This document shows positions 1 through 8,641 of a DNA stretch of 27,802 nucleotides, piece by piece. The translations under genes and the position numbers were made by a program. The notes under the pieces were generated by a model. The model did not search any database. It was given only the letters and a program-made list of their open reading frames with translations, and was not told the origin of the DNA. This DNA is from Macrostomum lignano (Eukaryota). The number at the start of each line of letters is the position of its first letter. Within the stretch, counting starts at the first letter, position 1. The stretch covers positions 1-27,802 of the forward strand of contig NIVC01005049.1 in NCBI GenBank assembly GCA_002269645.1. Direction: 5' to 3'.

Positions 1-1
1 C

Positions 2-82
2 GGAGCTATTCGAATGCTGTCCGCCCTGAGCAGCTGTGCTCAGGAGCAGCTGTTCGATTGGATCAGAGGTGGCAATCGTTGA
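2..82 (+). CDS. Possible 3' end of an upstream gene (GAIRMLSALSSCAQEQLFDWIRGGNR*), truncated by the window edge
   Basis: GC-balanced open frame ending TGA at 80-82, followed by ~450 bp of AT-rich 3'UTR-like sequence; no recognisable homology. Confidence 0.25.
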   Translation, partial: GAIRMLSALSSCAQEQLFDWIRGGNR

Positions 83-590
83 TTTATGATTTTGAATTAT
101 AGGCCGCTTATTATAGACTCATTTAATTTATTTTATTTTTAAGCTTTGATTTTAACCAGACAGCTGCATAGCTAGTAAACTGAAATACTGTGCAATGAAT
201 CCATTGGTATTAATACTGTTATATGCAAACAAGTATTTATATTTATATTTTTACATAATCGGCTAATTTTATCATAGGTATCTTCCCATTCATTGTCTGT
301 GAGTTTTTTTGAGTCCTCCTCACTACTGGCCAATATAGTTATTTTTTCAATTCGCTGTTTAGTCAGCGCCTTTTCTTAAAATCTGATGGCGGCTTTTTGC
401 TTCTAAGTTCTTACCCATTTTATTACTATTTTGTTTTTGTTTTCAATTTGTAAAACAAAATACACAGAAACAATTTACCGGATAATGTCCCTGTAGTTGA
501 TACTGACATTGTAGTTCTTATTGTACTTTTATTTGTATTCCTTGCTAGGTAGTTACTATCCCTGGCTACAAAATAGTGCTAACATTGATA

Positions 591-1831
591 CTGTCTCCCC
601 GCTTATCTCCTGTCTCCCTCTCTGGTCTCCTGTCTCCCTCTCTTGTCCCCTGTCTCCCTCTCTTGTCCCCTGTCTCCCTCTCTTGTCCCCTGTCTCCCTC
701 TCTTGTCCCCTGTCTCCCTCTCTTGTCCCCTGTCTTCCTCTCTTGTCCCATGTCTCCCTCTCTTGTCCCCTGCCTCCCTCTCTTGTCCCCTGTCTCCCTC
801 TCTTGTCCCCTGTCTCCCTCTCTTGTCCCCTGTCTCCCTCTCTTGTCTCCTGTCTCCCTCTCTTGTCCCCTGTCTCCCTCTCTTGTCCCCTGTCTCCCTC
901 TCTTGTCCCCTGTCTCCCTCTCTTGTCTCCTGTCTCCCTCTCTTGTCTCCTGTCTCCCTCTCTTGTCCCTGTCTCCCTCTCTTGTCCCTGTCTCCCTCTC
1001 TTGTCCCCTGTCTCCCTCTCTTGTCCCCTGTCTTCCTCTCTTGTCCCATGTCTCCCTCTCTTGTCCCTGTCTCCCTCTCTTGTCCCCTGTCTCCCTCTCT
1101 TGTCCCCTGTCTCCCTCTCTTGTCCCCTGTCTCCCTCTCTTGTCTCCTGTCTCCCTCTCTTGTCCCTGTCTCCCTCTCTTGTCCCCTGTCTCCCTCTCTT
1201 GTCCCCTGTCTCCCTCTCTTGTCTCCTGTCTCCCTCTCTTGTCCCTGTCTCCCTCTCTTGTCCCCTGTCTCCCTCTCTTGTCCCTGTCTCCCTCTCTTGT
1301 CTCCTGTCTCCCTCTCTTGTCCCTGTCTTCCTCTCTTGTCCCCTGTCTCCCTCTCCTGTCCCCTGTCTCCCTCTCTTGTCCCCTGTCTTCCTCTCTTGTC
1401 CCATGTCTCCCTCTCTTGTCCCCTGCCTCCCTCTCTTGTCCCCTGTCTCCCTCTCTTGTCCCCTGTCTCCCTCTCTTGTCCCCTGTCTCCCTCTCTTGTC
1501 TCCTGTCTCCCTCTCTTGTCTCCTGCCTTGCTCTCTTGTCTCCTGTCTCCCTCTCTTGTCCCCTGTCTCCCTCTCTTGTCCCCTGTCTCCCTCTCTTGTC
1601 TCCTGTCTCCCTCTCTTGTCTCCTGCCTTGCTCTCTTGTCTCCTGTCTCCCTCTCTTGTCTCCTGCCTTGCTCTCTTGTCCCAGCCTTCCTCTCTTGTCT
1701 CCTGTCTCCATTTCTTATCTCCTGTCTCCCTCACTAGTCTCCTGCCTTCCTCTGGTCTTCTGCCTCCATCTCTTGTCCCCTGTCTCCCTCTCTTATCTCA
1801 TGTCTCCCTCTCTTGTCTCCTCCTCCCTCTC
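591..1831. repeat. 20-bp pyrimidine-rich minisatellite (TGTCTCCCTCTCTTGTCCCC)n, ~60 copies, with 19-bp variants
   Basis: Unit read directly; nearly A-free on + strand; degenerate edges; source of all ORFs between 521 and 1936. Confidence 0.97.
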
Positions 1832-3035
1832 ACGTTTAATGTGAGTTGTTATTGCTTGTTTCTAAATTTATTGTCTCAATTCTGTCTGTCCGTGTCATTA
1901 TGTTTTATCTCTCCACCTAACCTAATCAGCAGTTAGGACCTGGCCTTATCTTATTTTTCCTACGCGTCAGGTTTTTTCCAGTCAAAGCAAAATAGAAGTA
2001 CTTTTTGAATTGATTGGGTAGCTACAGACGGCCAAAGCTAATAAAGTTTTTTTGTATCTGGCCAAGGACTATCTACCTAGCCTACTAAATAGTCTTTATA
2101 ATCAAACAGGGTATTATCTAATCTAGTAAGGAAATTTTCCATCAGCGTTAGCTTTATGTTGTCAACTCAGTGCGGTGACAATTAGTCTTTCACTAGCAAG
2201 AAGGGCAGTCAGTCAGTCACTTCACTTAAGGAGCGATTTTAATCTCCAGTCTAGTTGTTATCTGTTTATTACGAGCTACACACGCGTGTCACTTGAGGGG
2301 TGGGGGTGCCATTGCAATTTTAATTTGAGGCTGTTATCACCTCGGTGCCACTCGCAGCTGTGTTTCAAATCAAAACAGGTCCTCGCGGTTAAGGTTAACT
2401 TAGTAAAAGAGAGAAAAAAGTACAAAACTAGTTTTCTATATCTAGTGGACTTTTACAAGTTTGAAAGTTTTTATGTACAGTATCGGTAAATCATATAACT
2501 CTGTCCCACTGACTGGGTTTATAACTTAATATTTTGGTCTCCGCATGCATTTGATGCGTGAGCGAGACGTGAACATGAATGGTATAAGCTAGCTAGCTAA
2601 GCTAAGTAGATAAGAGAAAATAAGATCTGGTCGTACTCGTTTTATGTAATCGATTTAAAATCACGCAGTTAGCACGCCAGTCCCGAGGGTTGAAGCCAAG
2701 CCACGCAGAATAGGAATGATTGATGTGTACATAAACAAGTGAAAAACCCATTGCCGCCAAAACACGCAACCGAGCCTAAACGCAAGAATGACGAAATTCC
2801 CAGAATTTTACACTAGGATAGCATGTGCCACGCAGCCATAGCGTGACCTTCACGCGTGCGCGACTGGACGGGGTTTCTATTTCTAGGTCATTTCAAAACC
2901 CTGTCTACTTGTAGGGGGATTCCCGTTTTTAGTCTGTTTCTAAATATAGCACACGATGCCACGCACAGCCCACGCCGCCGGCCACCCCTCTGCTGCGTGC
3001 TTGTTTCCTTAAGCCAAGTCAGTCAGTCTGTAGGT

Positions 3036-3098
3036 ATTGGCCTTGGTTAGCGTCTGCCTACTCCCCTTGGATTGGGCACAGTAAAAGGAGTATATAAA
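3036..3098 (+). promoter_or_regulatory. Likely core promoter of the DGAT1-like gene: TATA box TATATAAA (3091-3098) with two reverse CCAAT boxes (ATTGG 3036-3040, 3071-3075)
   Basis: Motifs seen directly ~95-155 nt upstream of ATG 3193; function inferred. Confidence 0.5.
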
Positions 3099-3192
3099 TC
3101 ACACTTGAGACCCTTGCGTTCCTTCCAAATAGATCAAGCGAAGTCAGGTCTGTCGTCAGTTTGTCAGTAAAATATAGAAACACATCATTTCG

Positions 3193-3626
3193 ATGCATCT
3201 CACTAGCGGTATTATAGCCGTGGCGCCTTTGGTTCACGCTAATGATGAAGGATCGACTGCTGTTGCTCCGTCGCCTTCGCATTATCGCCTTCTGAGCTCT
3301 ACTAAACTTGCTCAGCCAAAGAAGAATGTCCTTGATAAAACACCGGAAAAATCTTCTAAGCCTTCGAATTCTACATCAAGTAGCGCCGCTGCGTCAACCG
3401 TTATTGAACGTTCTCGACCGAAGCGTCGTCATAGGCGTTCAAATTCGTTCGATTCGGTGTCTACTTTGAGTCGTCGGTCCTATCTAAACATCGATTTGAG
3501 GAGTCGTGCAAAATCGATTGTGAAATCGTCTGCCCTAGCCAATGCTGTTGGTATAGTTGGTAGGCAGTTGCTAGCGTGGCTGAAATGCGACTGGGAGCAG
3601 CAAAGCGTACCGGAAGATCAAGATGG
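3193..3626 (+). CDS. DGAT1: DGAT1-like MBOAT protein, exon 1 of 4 (Ser/basic-rich N-terminal region)
   Basis: ATG 3193; ends GAT GG|gttagt (phase 2), matching exon 2 acceptor ttccag|G. Joined CDS 434+362+389+294 = 1479 nt = 492 aa + stop. Confidence 0.75.
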
Positions 3627-3781
3627 GTTAGTTGGCCTAATTAAAATGTAGTCTGTTGTTGCTAATGAAGCAAGTCCTACCCAGCAATCAGCATTGCTGT
3701 ATTACATCTTTTAAAACCTAGGACAAATCACTAGTTACCTGTGTCCGAATTCAGGATGCCAAATTTAAAACCAGGGTGCCA

Positions 3782-4998
3782 GAGGTATCTACTGTCTCAT
3801 CTTAGGTGGTAGCTACTGTCTCTCAGATGGTAGCTACTGTCTCTTAGATGGTAGCTACATAATCTACTGTCTCTCAGATGGTAGCTACTGTCTCTTAGGT
3901 GGCATCTACTGTCTCTCAGATGGTATCTACATAATCTACTGTCTCTCAGATGGTAGCTACTGTCTCTTAGGTGGCATCTACACTCTACAGTCTCTCAGAT
4001 GGTATCTACAGTCTCAGGTGGTATCTACTGTCTCTCAGGTGGTATCTACTGTTTCTCAGGTGGTATCTACTGTCTCTCAGGTGGTATCTACTGTCTCTCA
4101 GGTGGTATCTACAGTCTCTCAGGTGGTATCTACTGTCTCTCAGGTGGTATCTACTGTCTCTCAGGTGGTATCTACAGTCTCTCAGGTGGTATCTACTGTC
4201 TCTTAGGTGGCATCTACACTCTACAGTCTCTCAGGTGGTATCTACAGTCTCAGGTGGTATCTACTGTCTCAGGTGGTATCTACTGTCTCTCAGGTGGAAT
4301 CTACTGTCTCTTAGGTGGCATCTACACTCTACAGTCTCTCAGGTGGTATCTAAAGTCTCAGGTGGTATCTACTGTCTCTCAGGTGGTATCTACTGTTTCT
4401 CAGGTGGTATCTACTGTCTCTTCAGGTGGTATCTACAGTCTCTCAGGTGGTATCTACAGTCTCTCAGGTGGTATCTACTGTCTCTTAGGTGGCATCTACA
4501 CTCTACAGTCTCTCAGATGGTATCTACAGTCTCAGGTGGTATCTACTGTCTCTCAGGTGGTATCTACTGTTTCTCAGGTGGTATCTACTGTCTCTCAGGT
4601 GGTATCTACTGTCTCTCAGGTGGTATCTACAGTCTCTCAGGTGGTATCTACTGTCTCTCAGGTGGTATCTACTGTCTCTCAGGTGGTATCTACAGTCTCT
4701 CAGGTGGTATCTACTGTCTCTTAGGTGGCATCTACACTCTACAGTCTCTCAGGTGGTATCTACAGTCTCAGGTGGTATCTACTGTCTCAGGTGGTATCTA
4801 CTGTCTCTCAGGTGGAATCTACTGTCTCTTAGGTGGCATCTACACTCTACAGTCTCTCAGGTGGTATCTACAGTCTCAGGTGGTATCTACTGTCTCAGTT
4901 GGTATCTACTGTCTCTCAGGTGGTATCTACTGTCTCTCAGGTGGTATCTACTGTCTCAGGTGGTATCTACTCTCTCAGGTGGTATCTTTTGTCTCAAG
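3782..4998. repeat. 21-bp minisatellite (GGTGGTATCTACTGTCTCTCA)n with shorter and longer variants, inside intron 1 (3627-5236)
   Basis: Unit read directly; 3961-4350 recurs at 4479-4868. Confidence 0.97.
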
Positions 4999-5236
4999 TA
5001 TCAAATCTAGGACCTAGGTTACAGGCTAATTAAGATAATGCTCTAATTTCCTTTACTTATCTTAAAATTATAATTCGATTTTATAATCTGTACAAAAATC
5101 CAAAGACCTGGGCTTGCTTTTAATTTACATGCTTAAACAACCTTAAATGAAATCTTAAATTAAATCCCATTAATTGAATATCAACATACTCAATAGTTCA
5201 CCTGACGCATCTCTTCCCTGCTGGAAATGCTTCCAG

Positions 5237-5598
5237 GCGTCGGCAGATCCACAGTCCAGCAGACAGTCTGCTAAGTCGGCCAGGCCAATTAGGCCAAAGC
5301 AGAGGCGCTTTCAGAGGCCTACTAAGCCCATTGCTAATCCTTCTATCGATGTGCATCGCTCGCTGTCTGTTAGAGTCCCATCTAAGATACGGCCCTCTGG
5401 CTGGAAATCCTCTTAGCTGCCTGGCTGTTGGAGGCGGTCCAGCCTGCATTGCCGGCCTGGTCTGCGTTGCTTTTGCCGCTCTGAATGCGTCTGCTTTTGC
5501 CGCTTCTTCTGGCTATCGGAGGCTCGGAGTGGCCAGCAGTGCCTGTCTGCTTCTGGTGGCTCCCGCTTGCATTGTGCTGTGGTCTAGGCCTTCGCCCA
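5237..5598 (+). CDS. DGAT1: DGAT1-like exon 2
   Basis: ttccag|G ... CCC A|gtgagt; GRRQIHSPADSLLS..FRGLLSPLLILLSMCIARCLLESHLRYG resembles DGAT1 [37 protein letters not shown]. Confidence 0.85.
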
Positions 5599-5808
5599 GT
5601 GAGTATTTCCTATTATCTTTAAACTTGGGTTGAGTAGTGTGTTATGAGCAGCCTTGAATACCTTGATTTAAAGCTTTTTTGAAATACTTCTCTGTACCCT
5701 TAAAACCCTGGTGTGTTAATGTACCCCATATAAAACCCAGGTGTGTTAATGCACTCCATAAACTCAGGTGTAATATAACCCTCCGTCTCGCTATTCCCGC
5801 TTCAACAG

Positions 5809-6197
5809 TTGTCGGCTTCGCAGGAATATCAATCAGTGTGGCTCTGTTCCTCAAGCTGACCAATTTGCACCTGCAGCGTCAGCGCATTGCTAGGCAACTC
5901 GTTGAACTTCGGGTTGTCAGTGTCAACAGAATGCTACTAATTAGCTTTGCTCAACTAGCAGGACTATTAGTTGCTATAGTGGCTCTGACTCAACAGTGGT
6001 TAATGCCTTCTCTAGCTGCCGCCTCATCTGATCCAGCTGCTAATAGCTACGAGTACAATGCGCCCTGCTGGCTGGTGATGGTTGAGAGGCAACTGCGCCT
6101 GTCGCCTCCTGTTATTGCCGTCTGCTTGGCTGCAGGAGCGGCAATGGATCGGATTCTGAAACTGATGGATTGCTGCTTTCAGTCTGGCAGTGACTTT
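5809..6197 (+). CDS. DGAT1: DGAT1-like exon 3
   Basis: caacag|TT (phase 1, A+TT=Ile) ... GAC TTT|gtaagt; VALFLKL, LTQQWLMPSL and VERQLRLSPP resemble DGAT1 TILFLKL, LIQQWMVPTI and IERLLKLAVP. Confidence 0.85.
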
Positions 6198-6489
6198 GTA
6201 AGTGCTATTTCTTTATTTTTAGCTTTTCATTGTTCGTTTCTAAGTTTAGTGTAAGCTTTTAAGATTTTTAGGAATCACCCTTTGAAGTTATTTAGGAATC
6301 GCCCTTTGAAGTTATTTAGGAATCGTCTTTAAAAGTTGCTTGGGAAATGCCTTTCCATGCCAATCATTGTAACGCAAGAATTCCACAAAAAGAAACATAA
6401 GAAATCATTTTTCACCAAAAAAATATTTTCAGCAGCAGAAACCCTCAGCTGAGGACACTACTATCAGTAGCAAACTAACTCAAACCAAG

Positions 6490-6783
6490 CGACTCTGGTG
6501 GAATGCTTCAAGCCTGACCAACCTGCTGAAGTCTGTGTGGCCATCCGCAGCGGAATTCAATCTGCCTAGTCTAGCCTGGGCTCTCCTGGCCCAGCTGGTT
6601 GTGTCCGCAGTGCTTCGATCGCCCCAGCCGTGGCCTCTGCTCACTGTGGCCATCGTGCTGCCCATTCTGGATGCCGCCTGCGTCAGATTCGGCAACAATG
6701 CCTTCGTTTGGCTCTGCCTTGTGCTTGGCCTGCCAGTGCTAGCTAGACTGGGCTATGCTGACTACTGTCAGTACTATCTTTGA
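6490..6783 (+). CDS. DGAT1: DGAT1-like exon 4 (terminal)
   Basis: ctaac branch-like motif and aag|CGA acceptor (phase 0); joins to give DF|RLWWN (degenerate FYxDWWN); FGNNAFVWLCLVLGLPV..YADY resembles YGNAAVWLSLIIGQPI..VHDY; TGA 6781-6783. The AAG acceptor is the weakest site in the model. Confidence 0.8.
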   Translation, partial: RLWWNASSLTNLLKSVWPSAAEFNLPSLAWALLAQLVVSAVLRSPQPWPLLTVAIVLPILDAACVRFGNNAFVWLCLVLGLPVLARLGYADYCQYYL

Positions 6784-6889
6784 CATTAAACTGACGTTTT
6801 CTGTGTAGATATTTGCAACGATTGACATTATATTAGCAATATAATTTTCTGTTGTTAACTCTTTAATTTTTGTTGATTAAAATTCTATA

Positions 6890-6917
6890 AATAAACAATT
6901 CTGTTGGGGGCAATAAA
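6890..6917 (+). terminator. Two AATAAA polyadenylation signals of the DGAT1-like gene (6890-6895, 6912-6917), followed by a T-rich tract
   Basis: Canonical hexamers ~110-130 nt after the stop codon. Confidence 0.55.
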
Positions 6918-7029
6918 CATTTATTTTGTTTTCCTATCCATATAGACTTTCTGTATACTTTTTTGTACTATTATTATGTCTTGGATTCTAAAATGAAAGT
7001 CCATGTTAGATTTCAGGAGAGAATAGATT

Positions 7030-8570
7030 TGAGGGAGATTGAGTGAGTCTAGAGATGACTGTGATTAGGGAAGGTAATAGAAATGAATTGAGACTGAGTT
7101 GGAGATTAGAAATGGCTGGGATTCTGAGAGAATTGAGATTAATTAAGATTAAAAGCTAGAGATGGCTGTGATTGGGGGAGAGAACAGAGTTAAATAAGAT
7201 TAAAGGGGATTAGAGATGGCTGTGATTGGGGGAGAGAACAGAGTTAAATAAGATTAAAGGGGATTAGAGATGGCTGGGATTGGGGTAGAACAGAGATAAA
7301 TGAGATTAAAGGGGATTAGAGATGGCTGGGATTGGGGTAGAACAGAGATAAATGAGATTAAAGGGGATTAGAGATGGCTGGGATTGGGGTAGAACAGAGA
7401 TAAATGAGATTAAAGGGGATTAGAGATGGCTGGGATTGGGGTAGAACAGAGATAAATGAGATTAAAGGGGATTAGAGATGGCTGGGATTGGGGTAGAACA
7501 GAGATAAATGAGATTAAAGGGGATTAGAGATGGCTGTGATTGGGGTAGAGAACAGAGATAAATGAGATTAAAGGGGATTAGAGGTGGCTGTGATTGGGGG
7601 AGAGAACAGAGATAAATGAGATTAGAGATGGCTGTGATTGGGGGAGAGAACAGAGATAAATGAGATTAAAGGGGATTAGAGATGGCTGTGGTTGGGGTAG
7701 AGAACAGAGATAAATGAGATTAAAGGGGATTAGAGATGGCTGGGATTGGGGTAGAGAACATAGCTAAATGAGATTAAAGGGGATTAGAGATGGCTGTGAT
7801 TGGGTAGAGAACAGAGATAAATGAGATTAAAGGGGATTAGAGATGGCTGGGATTGGGGTAGAGAACAGAGATAAATGAGATTAAAGGGGATTAGAGATGG
7901 CTGTGATTGGGGTAGAGAACAGAGATAAATGAGATTAAAGGGGATTAGAGATGGCTGTGGTTGGGGTAGAGAACAGAGATAAATGAGATTAAAGGGGATT
8001 AGAGATGGCTGTGGTTGGGGTAGAGAACAGAGATAAATGAGATTGAGGGGGATTAGAGATGGCTGTGATTGGGGTAGAGAACAGAGATAAATGAGATTAA
8101 AGGGGATTAGAGATGGCTGTGGTTGGGGTAGAGAACAGAGATAAATGAGATTAAAGGGGATTAGAGGTGGCTGTGATTGGGGGAGAGAACAGAGATAAAT
8201 GAGATTAGAGATGGCTGTGATTGGGGAGAGAACAGAGATAAATGGGATTGAGGGGGATTAGAGATGGCTGTGATTGGGGCAGAGAACAGAGATAAATGGG
8301 ATTGAGGGGGATTAGAGATGGCTGTGATTGGGGGAGAGAACAGAGATATATGAGATTGAGGGGGATTAGAGATGGCTGTGGTTGGGGGAGAGAACAGAGA
8401 TAAATGGGATTGAGGGGGATTAGAGATGGCTGTGATTGGGGCAGAGAACAGAGATAAATGGGATTGAGGGGGATTAGAGATGGCTGTGATTGGGGGAGAG
8501 AACAGATAAATGAGATTAAGGGGGTTTAGAGATGGCAGGGATTTTTTAGAGAGAATAGAGATGATTAGGG
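7030..8570. repeat. 54-bp purine-rich minisatellite (GAGATGGCTGTGATTGGGGTAGAGAACAGAGATAAATGAGATTAAAGGGGATTA)n, ~28 copies, with 52- and 42-bp variants
   Basis: Unit read directly; variants cluster by position; ends ~70 nt before the SIRT6 acceptor. Confidence 0.97.
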
Positions 8571-8616
8571 TCCATAACGTTATAGAAAAACAGTCGGTAC
8601 GGCAACACACCAACAG

Positions 8617-8641
8617 CTCATCTCCTTCCTCCCACCTCCAG
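8617..8641 (+). promoter_or_regulatory. 3' splice acceptor (probable SL trans-splice site) directly preceding SIRT6 codon 2
   Basis: ctcat branch-like motif + ctccttcctcccacctccag|TCG GCT AAC TAC; no ATG|GT donor between 6783 and 8641. Confidence 0.75.

Noticed and set aside
521-1936. Six long ORFs (148-471 aa) on both strands
   Set aside because: Translations of the 20-bp array, which lacks stop codons; periodic low-complexity peptides with no domain
3971-5033. ORFs such as LRWYLLS/GGIYCLS/QVVSTVS repeats
   Set aside because: Frames of the 21-bp intronic array inside DGAT1-like intron 1
8510-8641. 44-aa N-terminal extension of the 500-aa SIRT6 ORF
   Set aside because: Starts in the tail of the 54-bp array and crosses a strong acceptor; homology begins only at 8642
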